From NCBI RefSeq assembly GCF_002298605.1, contig NZ_DBKS01000055.1: a DNA stretch of 64,000 nucleotides; one strand, given 5' to 3'. Origin of the DNA: Bifidobacterium sp. UBA744. Lineage in GTDB: Bacteria; Actinomycetota; Actinomycetes; Actinomycetales; Bifidobacteriaceae. Positions 20,024-30,425 of the stretch are shown one piece after another. The notes under the pieces are model-generated. The model searched no databases, was not told the origin of the DNA, and was given only the letters and a program-made list of their open reading frames with translations. The position numbers were made by a program, and so were the translations under genes. Each line of letters starts with the position of its first letter. Position 1 is the first letter of the stretch.

Positions 20024-23000
20024 TTACCGGCTGAACCGGGTATGCCGACGTCCGGGGCGCACCGACAGGACGCGCACGGGGGCTTTCGGTACGGTGGGTT
20101 TGGTGTTCGACAGACCATAGAACAGGCGTTCCACCACTTCGCGGCATTTGCGCATGACGCCCAGGAGCTCGTTGTCGAACTGCTGGCCGCGATGAGCCGA
20201 CTGGCCCAGATACACCGCGATACCGCCCAGCGTGTATATGTCGTCGGGCAGGATATCAGCCTGGTTGGCACGGCCCGACCATAGATAGTTGCCATTGCGG
20301 ACCGCCGTGCACAGACGCCACGCGGCTTCGAGAATCTTGGCGTCGCCCACGTCGACGAATCCCAATGCGACCAATTGCGACAAGGCGCTCAGCGTTCCGC
20401 CCACCCGCAGTTGCGCATGCCTGCCGGCATGCTGCAGCTGAAGCAGCTGGACGGTCCACTCCACGTCGGAGAGCCCGCCCTTGCCGAGTTTGAGATGCCG
20501 ATCTCGACGCACGCCGCGGGGCAGGCGCTCGGCCTCCATGCGGGCCTTGAGCTTGCGGATGTCCGCAAGCTGCGCGGAGGACAGCGGCTCCTCGCTGTAG
20601 CGCAGCGGATCGGCGATTTCGGTGAGGAAGTCGTGGCCGAGCGCCGCGTCCCCGGCGGCATGACGGGCGCGCAACAGCGCCTGGCGCTCCCAGGTGCTGG
20701 CCCACGTCGTGTAATACTCGCGGCATGACGCGAAGGAGCGGATAATGGGACCGTTCTTGCCCTCGGGCCTCAAATCCAGATCCAATTCGATCTTGCGCTC
20801 CACGGTGGTCGGACCGGAGAGGATTTGGCGCAAGTCGTCAACCACGGATTTGGAGAACCGCCCGGCTTCGTGATCTTCGGCGCCGTTCATCGATCGATAG
20901 ATCAGTATGGCGTCGGCATCCGAGCTGAAGTTCACTTCGCCGCCGCCATAACGTCCCATGGCAATCACCGCGATGGCGGCCGGGGCCGCGTCCAGACCCT
21001 GCTCACGCAGTTGATGGGCGACCGACCAATCCAGCGATGCCTGAATCAGCGCGTCATACACGTCGGTCATGCCCTTGAGGCTGGTGGCGTCGTCGATGAC
21101 GCCGCTCATCCATCCCAGTCCGATGCGTTCGATCTCATGCCGGCGCATGGCGCGGATCGACGTGGCGAAATCATTGATGCTGCCGGCGTTCCGCTCCAAG
21201 GTGGCGCGGCACTGCACATCGAGATTCTCGCGGCTTCTGGCCTTGAGGTCGTCATCGCTGCCCAGCCAGGTGATCGACTCAACCGATTTGGTCAGCGCGT
21301 CGCCCAGAAAACGGGAGTTCGACAGCACGTGGCACAGCCGCTGGGCGGCGGACGGCGAATCGCGCAGGAAGCCCAGATATTCGCTTTCGGAGCCGAAATT
21401 CTCCTCGAGTTTGCGCCAGTTCAGCAGTCCCATGTCGGGATTTTGCCCGTTTCCCAGCCATTCAAGCACAGCCGGCAGAATGATGCGATTGATCTTGGCC
21501 GCGCGGCTCACACCGCTGGTCAGCGCCGTCACATGGCGCATGGCACTGTCCGGATCCGCGAAACCGATGGAGACGAAACGCGTTTTGGCGGCTTCGGAGC
21601 TGAGCGTCACCTCGTCGGGATCCAATCGCGCCGCAATCGGAAGCATGGGACGGAAGTAGATGTCCTGATGCAGACGGCGCACCTCGCGGCGTATCGCATC
21701 GAACTGTTCGACAAGCTCTTCCGGATGCAGCTTCATGGCGCGGCTGAGGCGGCGCAGCTCGGCGTTCCTGCCCAGTTCGTCCTTGCTGATCTGACGCTTG
21801 CGCTCTATGCCGCCGACGCTGCCCTGCCCCAAATCCGGAAACAGGTGCGTGCGCTTCAACGCCCACATCTGCTGACGATGTTCAAGCACCCGCTCGAACC
21901 GGTAGTCATGCGAGAGCTTCGCGGCCTGCCTGCGCGAGACGTACCCGCCATCGGATAGCGCCTGCAGCGAATCCAACGTGGACGCGGTGCGCAGCGACTC
22001 GTCGGTTCGGCCATGGACCAGCTGGAGCATCTGCACGGTGAACTCCACATCGCGCAGGCCACCCCGCCCGAGTTTGATTTCGCGGTCCTTCAGGGGGGAC
22101 GGGATCAGATCCTCAACCCGCTTGCGCATCTGCTGACAGTCGTAGACGAAGTTCTTGCGCTGCGAAGCGCTCCAGACGAACGGACGGGTCATATCGACAT
22201 AGCTGTGCCCGAGGTCGGGGTCGCCGGCCACCCGACGGGCCTTCAGCAGGGCCTGGAATTCCCAGTTTTCCGCCCACTTCTCGTAATAATGCCTGTGGGA
22301 GTCCAGGGTGCGCACCAGTGGGCCGTCCTTGCCCTCGGGCCGCAATCCCCCGTCGATCTGCCACAACGCCGGTTCGGCGCAGCCCATGATCACGGACATG
22401 CAGACGCGCTGCAGCAGGGTTCCCATCTTGGTGCCCACACGGATCAGGCGCTGATGGTCGATGCCGTCGTCGGCCGGCTCGACCACGTAGATCAGATCCA
22501 CATCGGAGACATAGTTGAGTTCCTGGGCACCCAGCTTGCCCATGCCGATGATGGCGAAGCGAACGTGCTCGCTTCCCTCGACCTCATGCCGCGCGATCGC
22601 CAGTGCGCCTTCAAGCGCGGCGTCGGCCAGATCCGACAGCATGCGGCTGATCACCGGCTGCACGTACAGGGGGTCCTCGGCGGTGACGTCGCTGGCCATG
22701 ATCGCCGACAGATGCCTGCGATAGCTGCGCCGAAGCGCGGTGGTGGCGTCGGCCAGGCCAAGACCGGCGACGGGCGCGACGGCAGTTGGGTCGGCCCCGA
22801 CGGCTTCAAGGATATTCGACCTGCGTTCCGCGGCGGACAACTGGTTGCTTCGGCAGGGATCCGCGGCCGCGGCGGCTACCAGACCCGGCCGGATGCGCAT
22901 CAGTTTGCCGATTTCGTCGGAGGCCCCGAGCACACAGACCAGACGGCGCTGATCGTCCTCGGTAGGCGCCAGCTCGCTGAAGCTGATGCGGCGCGACGGC

Positions 23001-23206
23001 AGCGACACAAGGATGTCATGCAGGTTGCGCAGGGCCGCGTCAGGATCGTAGGCGCATTGCAGCGAGGACAGCAGCACGTCAAGTTGCTTGGCTCCCATCC
23101 CGGCTTCATGAAGCGCTTCGATAAGTCGCTTGGCCTCCTCGATGTCGAGGAGACCCGCGTGGATCAGCTCCCGTGTACTGACGGTGTTGGGGGTAACAGT
23201 AGCCAT
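20024..23206 (-). CDS. glnE: Bifunctional glutamine synthetase adenylyltransferase/removase
   Basis: Two nucleotidyltransferase halves (GMGKLGAQELNYVSDVD; AMGRYGGGEVNFSSDAD), LRPEGKxGP twice, KLGRGGLRDVEF. Confidence 0.95.
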   Translation of the reverse strand: MATVTPNTVSTRELIHAGLLDIEEAKRLIEALHEAGMGAKQLDVLLSSLQCAYDPDAALRNLHDILVSLPSRRISFSELAPTEDDQRRLVCVLGASDEIGKLMRIRPGLVAAAAADPCRSNQLSAAERRSNILEAVGADPTAVAPVAGLGLADATTALRRSYRRHLSAIMASDVTAEDPLYVQPVISRMLSDLADAALEGALAIARHEVEGSEHVRFAIIGMGKLGAQELNYVSDVDLIYVVEPADDGIDHQRLIRVGTKMGTLLQRVCMSVIMGCAEPALWQIDGGLRPEGKDGPLVRTLDSHRHYYEKWAENWEFQALLKARRVAGDPDLGHSYVDMTRPFVWSASQRKNFVYDCQQMRKRVEDLIPSPLKDREIKLGRGGLRDVEFTVQMLQLVHGRTDESLRTASTLDSLQALSDGGYVSRRQAAKLSHDYRFERVLEHRQQMWALKRTHLFPDLGQGSVGGIERKRQISKDELGRNAELRRLSRAMKLHPEELVEQFDAIRREVRRLHQDIYFRPMLPIAARLDPDEVTLSSEAAKTRFVSIGFADPDSAMRHVTALTSGVSRAAKINRIILPAVLEWLGNGQNPDMGLLNWRKLEENFGSESEYLGFLRDSPSAAQRLCHVLSNSRFLGDALTKSVESITWLGSDDDLKARSRENLDVQCRATLERNAGSINDFATSIRAMRRHEIERIGLGWMSGVIDDATSLKGMTDVYDALIQASLDWSVAHQLREQGLDAAPAAIAVIAMGRYGGGEVNFSSDADAILIYRSMNGAEDHEAGRFSKSVVDDLRQILSGPTTVERKIELDLDLRPEGKNGPIIRSFASCREYYTTWASTWERQALLRARHAAGDAALGHDFLTEIADPLRYSEEPLSSAQLADIRKLKARMEAERLPRGVRRDRHLKLGKGGLSDVEWTVQLLQLQHAGRHAQLRVGGTLSALSQLVALGFVDVGDAKILEAAWRLCTAVRNGNYLWSGRANQADILPDDIYTLGGIAVYLGQSAHRGQQFDNELLGVMRKCREVVERLFYGLSNTKPTVPKAPVRVLSVRPGRRHTRFSR

Positions 23207-23232
23207 GGATTCCAATCTACTCGATTAAGCGG

Positions 23233-24072
23233 TCAGCCGAACAACGGCCGCACATTATTCCAGATTCTTCTGGTAGCCGCCGGCTTGTTCATCGAATACA
23301 GATGGATCCCGTCCACGCCATGCGCCACCAAATCGCTGATCTGCTCGGAAGCGTACAGTTCGCCGGCCTTGGTGAGCTTTGCCGGGTCGTCGCCCCATCG
23401 CTCAAGCAGCGTTTCCACGCGAGACGGCACGCGGGAACCGCATAGACGGGCCATGCGGCGCACCGAAGCCGCATTTGTCACCGGCATAATGCCCGCCTCG
23501 ATCGGCACGGTGATGCCGGCGGAGCGGGCCATGTCGAGGAAGCGGTAAAAATCGTCATTGCAGTAGAACAACTGGGAGATCAGATGGCTGGCGCCCGCAT
23601 CGACCTTGCGCTTGAGGAACTCGACGTCCTGTTCGAAGCTGGCCGCCTGCGGATGCTTCTCCGGATAGCATGCGCCGTAGATTTTCAGCTCGGGACGCTG
23701 CTCGCGCACGTAGGCGACCAGGTCGCTGGCGTGCTGGAACACCCCCGCGGGCGTGCGGTCCGGAACGGGATCCCCTCGCAGGGCCAGCACGCCGGCCACC
23801 TTGGCCTCGTCGAACATGGCCAGCGCCTCGTCCACGGCCTGGCGGTCAAGGTACTGGGCGGTCAGATGGGCCACCGCCGGAATGTGATATTCGGCGTGAA
23901 TGGTGTTGCAGATGCGCGCGGTGGCGGTGCGGTCGGATGATTTGCCGGTTCCGTACGTCACCGAGATGAACGCCGGGTTGAGTCCTTCAAGCCCGTCAAG
24001 CGTATCGTAGATGGTTCCGACCGGGGCGTTGCGCCTGGGCGGAAACACTTCCAAAGAGAACAGGGTGGTCAT
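23233..24072 (-). CDS. metF: 5,10-methylenetetrahydrofolate reductase
   Basis: SLEVFPP, ISVTYG, AHLT, LALRGD, ACYPEKHP, KVDAGA and GIHLYSMN motifs. Confidence 0.93.
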   Translation of the reverse strand: MTTLFSLEVFPPRRNAPVGTIYDTLDGLEGLNPAFISVTYGTGKSSDRTATARICNTIHAEYHIPAVAHLTAQYLDRQAVDEALAMFDEAKVAGVLALRGDPVPDRTPAGVFQHASDLVAYVREQRPELKIYGACYPEKHPQAASFEQDVEFLKRKVDAGASHLISQLFYCNDDFYRFLDMARSAGITVPIEAGIMPVTNAASVRRMARLCGSRVPSRVETLLERWGDDPAKLTKAGELYASEQISDLVAHGVDGIHLYSMNKPAATRRIWNNVRPLFG

Positions 24073-24186
24073 GCGGTTTCCTTTTTCGTCTGGATAATTC
24101 GACGAAGGATCTCCCGGCAATCGCCTTGGAGATCCTTCACTGCACATTGATGGTTCCGGTCGGGCGGCGTGCTGGCCGCCCCGAGC

Positions 24187-26487
24187 TCAGGAGAGCTTGG
24201 CGCGCACGGCCTTGGCGGCGGCGACCATATGCTCCAGGCTGGGCCAGGTTTCGGCCTGCCCGCGGGTCTTCAAACCGCAGTCCGGGTTGATCCACACCTT
24301 CTCCACGGCCATCTTGTCGAGAATCTCGCCAATGCGTCCCTCGATCTCCTGCTCGGAGGGGATGCGCGGCGAATGGATGTCGTAGACGCCCGGACCGGCT
24401 TCGGTTTCGAACCTGGCTTCGTGGATGGCGTCCAGCACCACCAAATCGCCGCGGGACGCCTCGAAGGAGATCACGTCCGCATCCATGGCATCAATGTCGC
24501 GAATGATGTCGTTGAACTCCGAATAGCACATGTGGGTGTGGATCTGCGTGGTCGGCTTCACCGCGGAATGCACCAGACGGAAGGCGGGAATGGCCCAGTC
24601 GAGGTACTTGGCATGCCAGTCGGACTTGCGCAGCGGCAGCTTTTCGCGCAGCGCGGCCTCATCGATCTGGATGACCTTGATGCCCGCCGCCTCGAGGTCG
24701 AGTACTTCGTCGCGGATGGCGAGGGCAAGTTGCTTGGTCTGCTGCTCATGGGTGATGTCCTCGCGCGGCCAAGACCAGTTGAGGATGGTCACCGGGCCGG
24801 TGAGCATGCCCTTCATGACGTGCTTGGTCCTGGACTGCGCATAGGCGGACCATTCGACGGTGATCGGCTTGGCGCGGGACACATCGCCCCATACGATCGG
24901 GGGCTTCACGCAGCGGGTGCCGTAGGACTGCACCCAGGCGTTCTTGGTGAACAGGAAGCCGTTGAGGTTCTGCCCGAAGTACTCGACCATGTCGTTGCGC
25001 TCGAACTCACCGTGAACGAGCACGTCGAGGCCGATCTCCTCCTGGTGCCTGATGCATTCGTCGATCTGGGTCTTGATGAACTCGTCGTAGGCTTCCTTGG
25101 TGATTTCACCCTTGCGCAGCTTGGCGCGCTCGGCGCGGATCTCCTTGGTCTGCGGGAAGGAGCCGATGGTGGTGGTGGGCAGCAGCGGCAGTCCCAACGC
25201 CTCGCGTTGCAGCTTCTGGCGTTCCGCGCGCAGCGGGGTGCGCACGTAATCGGCGTCGGTGAGCTTGTTGATGCGATCGGCCACCGCCTGGTCGGGAGTC
25301 ACGCGGGTGCCGTCGAACAGCGCCTGGTTCGCCGCAAGGGCCTTATCGGACTTGAGTGCCTCGTCGTCCAGATCGGCGAGAGCCGCGATCTCGCTGAGTT
25401 CGCCGAGCTTTTCGACGGCGAAGGCGAAATGCTTCAGGTTCTCCGGGGCGATGCCGGTTTCGCCCTCGGTGCTGAACGGCACGTGGAGCAGGGAGCTGGC
25501 GGTGGAGACGGCCACGTTCGCGGTCTTCTCCTTCAGGGCGTCGATGATGCCGAGGCTCAGGGCATAGTTGTTGCGCCAGATGTTGCGGCCGTTGACCACG
25601 CCTGCAAACAGGGTGGTGCCGTCGGCCACGCCGTAGGTGTCAACCGCCTGCAGGTTCTCGTCGCGGCCTTCGTTGAGGTCAAGGCCGATGCCGTCGAATC
25701 CAAGCAGGTTCACGGTTTCGTACACGTCGGCGATATGGCCGAAGTAGGTGTTGAGCAGCACCTTGATCTTGCCGTTGCGGGCGGGCAGGATCTTGGAATA
25801 CAGCGACTTGAAGAGTTCGACGTCGCCCGGCTCCTTGTCGAGCACCAGGTACGGCTCGTCGAACTGCACCCATTCGGCGCCAAGCTCGATGAATCTGGCC
25901 AGCACTTCGGCGTACACGGCGGCGACAGCCTGGCCGAGTCCCTTGTCGATTTCAAGCTCCTGGGCCTCGCTGGTGCGGGCCAGCTTGAGGAAGGTGTAGG
26001 GGCCGATGAACACCGGCTTGGTGAGGACGCCGAGTTCCTTGGCCTCGCTGAACTCGTCGAAGGCCTTGGTGGAGTTGAGCTTGATCTCGGTGGCGGCGTC
26101 GAATTCGGGCACCAGGTAGTGGTAGTTGGTGGTGAACCACTTCTTCATCGGCAGCGCGGTCACGTCGCCGGCCTCGCCCTGATAGCCACGGGCCATGGCG
26201 AACAGCGTGCCCTCGGCGTCGAGGGACAGGCGCTGGTAGCGCTGCGGAATCACATTCAGCAGGATGGCGGTGTCGAGCATCTGATCGTAGTAGCTGAAAT
26301 CGTTGCTGGGGATCAGATCGATGCCGGCCGCCTGCTGAAGCTTCCAGTGCTTGGCGCGAAGGCCCTTCGCGGTGGAGCGGACGGCGTCTATGTCGTTCGC
26401 GCCCTTCCAGTAGCCTTCGATGATCTTCTTCAGTTCACGGTTCTGCCCAATACGCGGAAAGCCGGAAACGGACGTCAATGCAGACAT
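24187..26487 (-). CDS. metE: Cobalamin-independent methionine synthase
   Basis: [55 protein letters not shown] and [11 protein letters not shown] motifs. Confidence 0.97.
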   Translation of the reverse strand: MSALTSVSGFPRIGQNRELKKIIEGYWKGANDIDAVRSTAKGLRAKHWKLQQAAGIDLIPSNDFSYYDQMLDTAILLNVIPQRYQRLSLDAEGTLFAMARGYQGEAGDVTALPMKKWFTTNYHYLVPEFDAATEIKLNSTKAFDEFSEAKELGVLTKPVFIGPYTFLKLARTSEAQELEIDKGLGQAVAAVYAEVLARFIELGAEWVQFDEPYLVLDKEPGDVELFKSLYSKILPARNGKIKVLLNTYFGHIADVYETVNLLGFDGIGLDLNEGRDENLQAVDTYGVADGTTLFAGVVNGRNIWRNNYALSLGIIDALKEKTANVAVSTASSLLHVPFSTEGETGIAPENLKHFAFAVEKLGELSEIAALADLDDEALKSDKALAANQALFDGTRVTPDQAVADRINKLTDADYVRTPLRAERQKLQREALGLPLLPTTTIGSFPQTKEIRAERAKLRKGEITKEAYDEFIKTQIDECIRHQEEIGLDVLVHGEFERNDMVEYFGQNLNGFLFTKNAWVQSYGTRCVKPPIVWGDVSRAKPITVEWSAYAQSRTKHVMKGMLTGPVTILNWSWPREDITHEQQTKQLALAIRDEVLDLEAAGIKVIQIDEAALREKLPLRKSDWHAKYLDWAIPAFRLVHSAVKPTTQIHTHMCYSEFNDIIRDIDAMDADVISFEASRGDLVVLDAIHEARFETEAGPGVYDIHSPRIPSEQEIEGRIGEILDKMAVEKVWINPDCGLKTRGQAETWPSLEHMVAAAKAVRAKLS

Positions 26488-26572
26488 GAATCCTCCAGAA
26501 ACACACGGTCTTAACCTGAACAGCCTATCAAAATGCCTGAATATCAAGCCATCAGGCCAGTTAAGATGTCGC

Positions 26573-26589
26573 TATAGATCAAGCTTATA
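26573..26589. promoter_or_regulatory. Putative LysR (MetR/MtaR-type) binding box upstream of metE
   Basis: TATAGATCAAGCTTATA, a 17-bp dyad with a T-N11-A core. Extended -10 TGaTAGGCT at 26522-26530 on the minus strand. Confidence 0.65.
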
Positions 26590-26633
26590 ACCATGCGGCA
26601 GCCGCCGCTGCGACGCTTCCGCCGGAACCCGTG

Positions 26634-27191
26634 CTAGTCGAAATCCTTGACCCCGAGCACCGCCACCAGCTCGGCGCAGTGGACCTGCCACTCGTCGAAG
26701 GGCTTGTCGCAGGTGAAAATCGCCACGGAAGCGGTTGACAGACCCAGTGACAGCAGATCGAGCAATCCGGGATCGGAATTCGACGACGCCAGCCACTGGC
26801 AGCTGATCGACAACGTGGGTTCATGCCCGAGGATCATGAGCACATGTGTTTTCCCGTGCGTATGCGCCAACTCGTCCAGCACCGACTGCACGCCGCCGTC
26901 ATACAGACTCTGCCGGTTGTTGATGGTCGGCTTGTCGCCGAAGGACTTGAGCAACCGCTCCATGGTCTGCTGCGCGCGGACGGCGCCGGACACCGACGCG
27001 ACATCCGGGACCAGTCCCAGCTCGGTGAGTCCACGGCCCACGATTTTCGCCTGCTTGGCCCCTTTGTCGGTGAGCTTCCGATTACGGTCGTTGCCGGCGT
27101 CGTACGGCTCCGCCTTGGCATGCCGCATCACAATGAGAACGTATTTGCCTCGCGCGATTTTCTTGGCCAATTTCTTGAAGTTGACGCTCAT
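26634..27191 (-). CDS. SixA-like histidine phosphatase family protein
   Basis: MRHAKA, R.LT.KG..QA, SGAVRAQQT and LGHEPT motifs. Confidence 0.85.
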   Translation of the reverse strand: MSVNFKKLAKKIARGKYVLIVMRHAKAEPYDAGNDRNRKLTDKGAKQAKIVGRGLTELGLVPDVASVSGAVRAQQTMERLLKSFGDKPTINNRQSLYDGGVQSVLDELAHTHGKTHVLMILGHEPTLSISCQWLASSNSDPGLLDLLSLGLSTASVAIFTCDKPFDEWQVHCAELVAVLGVKDFD

Positions 27192-27300
27192 GGCAAACCC
27201 CTTCGCCGGACAACGCAATGCTTTCTGGCAATTGTACTCGTCATCGGGCCTCCGAGGCCGAACGACCCTCCCGACGACGAACGGCGTTCCCGGACAGCGG

Positions 27301-28377
27301 TCAGGCAACACCCTCCTCACGGCCGGAGGGCGGGGCGAGATTGCCCACCTGACGATCCAGGTCGCGAATCACCTTGCCGAGCTTGCGGTCCGAAATGTCG
27401 CGCAACTCCAGTTCGGCCAGATCCCGGGACTCGGCGTCGGCGGAATCGACATCCGTATAGGTGTCTTTGGTGGCGCGCTCACGCTTGCGCAGCGGCGCCA
27501 CCCCGTCGGCCATGGCGCGGGACGTCAACAGGAACCCGGTGTGCCCCACCATCGTGTGATCGGGGCGCACGGCGAGCCCCTGCACCTTCCACGCGCGTTC
27601 CAGCAGCTCGCTCACCTGGGGTTCGGTCCACTGGTCGGCGTCCCGCAGCGCCTCGGCGAGGCGGCTCAGCTGCGTGGTGGTGGTCACATAGGCGACGAGC
27701 ACGCCGCCGGGAGCCAGCACGCGATGAGTCTCGGGAAGACGGTTCCACGGGTCGAGCATGTCGAGCATGACGCGATCGTACCAATGGGCGGGCAGGGCGG
27801 CGGCCACCGAGTCGAAATCACCGGTTTTCAGATCCCACCACGCGGGTCGCTCTCCGAAATACACGGTGACGTTGGCTTCGGCGACATGGGCGAACCGCGG
27901 GCGCAGCTCGATGGTGGTGAGATTCCCCCGAGGCCCCACGGCATCCAGCAGATGCAGGCTCATGGCCCCCGATCCGGCGCCGGATTCAAGCACGCGCATG
28001 TCGCGGCGAATGTCGCCAAGCGACAGGACCTGGGCGATGTCCTTGGGGTACATGATCTGCGCGCCCCGAGGCATGGACAGCACATAGTCGGCCAGGCGCG
28101 GGCGCATCACGGCATAATCCCAGCCGCCGATCGCCCGGGCGGACTTCCATGGCTTGCCGGCGTCCCTGCCCGGATTCGCCGCATTGATCTGCGCCTCGCG
28201 CTTGGCGTGCACCGTGGTCACGACCACGCCCTCCGTGCGCCCGATCACGTCGTCATGCAGGATCAGACCGTGCGCGGTTTGCGTGGAGCCGCCCGCGACC
28301 AGCTGGTCGGTGATCATGTTCCCCCGGCGATCCGTGAACTGGACCTTCTCCCCTGCGCATAACGGCCCGCGTCGCAT
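27301..28377 (-). CDS. trmI: tRNA (adenine-58-N1)-methyltransferase
   Basis: MPRGAQIMYPKD, VLESGAGSGAMS, LDMLDPW and RPDHTMVGHTGFL motifs. Confidence 0.92.
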   Translation of the reverse strand: MRRGPLCAGEKVQFTDRRGNMITDQLVAGGSTQTAHGLILHDDVIGRTEGVVVTTVHAKREAQINAANPGRDAGKPWKSARAIGGWDYAVMRPRLADYVLSMPRGAQIMYPKDIAQVLSLGDIRRDMRVLESGAGSGAMSLHLLDAVGPRGNLTTIELRPRFAHVAEANVTVYFGERPAWWDLKTGDFDSVAAALPAHWYDRVMLDMLDPWNRLPETHRVLAPGGVLVAYVTTTTQLSRLAEALRDADQWTEPQVSELLERAWKVQGLAVRPDHTMVGHTGFLLTSRAMADGVAPLRKRERATKDTYTDVDSADAESRDLAELELRDISDRKLGKVIRDLDRQVGNLAPPSGREEGVA

Positions 28378-28508
28378 GTCTATCACTGCTCCTTGCTCGA
28401 ATGGTCGGTATCTTGCCGAAAACATCAACCAGTGTAGCGGCCGGCGCGATCCCCGGCACGGGGTGCGCACCGGCCGCCCGATATCAGGCGGACCGTCCGG
28501 CCGCCCGC

Positions 28509-30425
28509 CTATTCCTCATCGCCCTGCGAGAACTGGCTGTTGTACAGATCGGCGTATGCGCCGTTCCTGGCCAGCAGCTCGTCATGGGTGCCCTGTTCGA
28601 CGATTGTTCCGTGATTGACCACCAGAATCAGATCCGCGTCGCGGATGGTCGACAGACGGTGTGCGATCACGAAGCTGGTGCGGCCCTTGCGCAGCTGATT
28701 CATGGCCTGCTGGACCAGCACTTCGGTTCTCGTGTCCACCGATGAGGTCGCCTCGTCGAGAATCAGGATGTCCGGATCCGACAGGAACGCGCGGCAGATG
28801 GTCATCAGCTGGCGTTCGCCCTGGCTCAGTTCAGAGGATTCGTCCCTGAGTTCGGTGTCGTAGCCCCTGGGCAGGCGGCGAACGAATTCATCCACATGCG
28901 TGGCGCGGGCGCCGGCGATCATCCGATCGTCCGAAAGCTGCCGCCCCTCGCGCACGCCGTACAGCAGATTGTCGCGAATCGTGCCGTCGAACAGCCATGT
29001 GTCCTGCAGCACCATGCCGAAATGGCTGCGCAGATCATGGCGGGACATGGTGCGGGTGTCCACGCCGTCGATCGTGATCGTTCCGCCCTGGATCTCGTAG
29101 AAGCGCATGAGCAGATTGACCAGTGTGGTCTTGCCGGCGCCGGTCGGTCCCACGATGGCGACGGTTTGGCCCGGCTCGGCCGTCAGGGACAGGTCCTCGA
29201 TCAACGGGTCGGCCGGATCGTAGGAGAACTTCACATGATCGAATTTCACCAATCCGCGCATGTCTTCGACGTCGGCGCCGTTCTCGGCGTCCGGCTCCTC
29301 CTCCTCGGCGTCCAGGAATTCGAAGATGCGCTCGGCCGAAGCCAGCGAGCTTTGCAGCATGGTGGCCATCGAGCTGAGCTCCCCGATCGGCTGCGACAAC
29401 TGGCGCGAATACTGGCTGAAGGCCTGCAGGTCGCCCAGGCTCATGGTGCCGGACAGCACCTTCAGACCGCCCACCACCACAACGACGACAAAATTGAGGT
29501 TGCTGAAGAACATGGCGACGGGCTGGTTCAGTTCGGCCAGGAACTGGGCCTTGAACGACGAGTCGTACAGGTCCCTGTTGCGACGATTGAACTCCTCCGT
29601 CGCATTGCGCTCCTGTCCGAAGGCGCGGATCACCAGATGGCCGGTGAACATCTCCTCGACCTGGCTGTTCACCGCGCCGGTGGCGCTCCATTGGCGGAAG
29701 AAATACGGCTGGGACTTCCTGATGATCGCATAGGCGCACAGCACCATCAGCGGAACGACGATCAGTGACACCAGCGTCAGCAGCGGCGAGATGGTGAGCA
29801 TCATGATGATGGTCCCGATGATGGAGAACACGGCGAAGACGAATTCTCCGAGCACCTGCTGCAGCGTCTGGCCGATATTGTCCACGTCATTGGTGGTACG
29901 GCTCATGATCTCGCCGCGGGGTACACGATCGAAATAGTTCAGCGGCAGACGGTCGATTTTCTCCTCGATCTGCCTGCGCATGCGGTACACGGCGTTGGTG
30001 ACCAGCCGGGTCATGGTCCACCCCTGCAGCCAGCGCAGCAGCACCGTGCAGACGAACACGCAAGCGGTGATGCCGAGGATCATGGCGACTTTCGGGAAGT
30101 CGACCCCGGATCCCGGATGGATGTCCATGGTGGAGACCATGTCCACCATGGAGCCCATGCCGTTCGTCTTCATCATCGTGATGGCCTGTTCCTTGGTCAT
30201 CCCCGCCGGCAGCATTTTGGAGATCACGCCTTCGAACAACACATTCGTGGCCTGTCCCATGATCTTCGGTCCAAGCACCATCGTCATGGTCGCCAGCGTC
30301 GCGGCGACAAGCACCACGGCCGTGCGAATCCTGTCCCGAACCACATAGGCAACCAGACGACGCATGGTATGCCCCCTCGGCTTGTTGGTCATCGGAGCGG
30401 ATGACGGTTGTCCTCCCTTGGGCAT
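28509..30425 (-). CDS. ABC exporter subunit (TMD+NBD), consensus-site half of a heterodimer
   Basis: Hydrophobic N-terminal half; GPTGAGKTT, LSQGERQL and LDEATSSVD. Confidence 0.92.
   Translation of the reverse strand: MPKGGQPSSAPMTNKPRGHTMRRLVAYVVRDRIRTAVVLVAATLATMTMVLGPKIMGQATNVLFEGVISKMLPAGMTKEQAITMMKTNGMGSMVDMVSTMDIHPGSGVDFPKVAMILGITACVFVCTVLLRWLQGWTMTRLVTNAVYRMRRQIEEKIDRLPLNYFDRVPRGEIMSRTTNDVDNIGQTLQQVLGEFVFAVFSIIGTIIMMLTISPLLTLVSLIVVPLMVLCAYAIIRKSQPYFFRQWSATGAVNSQVEEMFTGHLVIRAFGQERNATEEFNRRNRDLYDSSFKAQFLAELNQPVAMFFSNLNFVVVVVVGGLKVLSGTMSLGDLQAFSQYSRQLSQPIGELSSMATMLQSSLASAERIFEFLDAEEEEPDAENGADVEDMRGLVKFDHVKFSYDPADPLIEDLSLTAEPGQTVAIVGPTGAGKTTLVNLLMRFYEIQGGTITIDGVDTRTMSRHDLRSHFGMVLQDTWLFDGTIRDNLLYGVREGRQLSDDRMIAGARATHVDEFVRRLPRGYDTELRDESSELSQGERQLMTICRAFLSDPDILILDEATSSVDTRTEVLVQQAMNQLRKGRTSFVIAHRLSTIRDADLILVVNHGTIVEQGTHDELLARNGAYADLYNSQFSQGDEE

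Noticed and set aside
26488..26633. SAM or cobalamin riboswitch ahead of metE
   Set aside because: The predicted leader is only about 30 nt and no aptamer motifs are visible. Protein-based control fits better.
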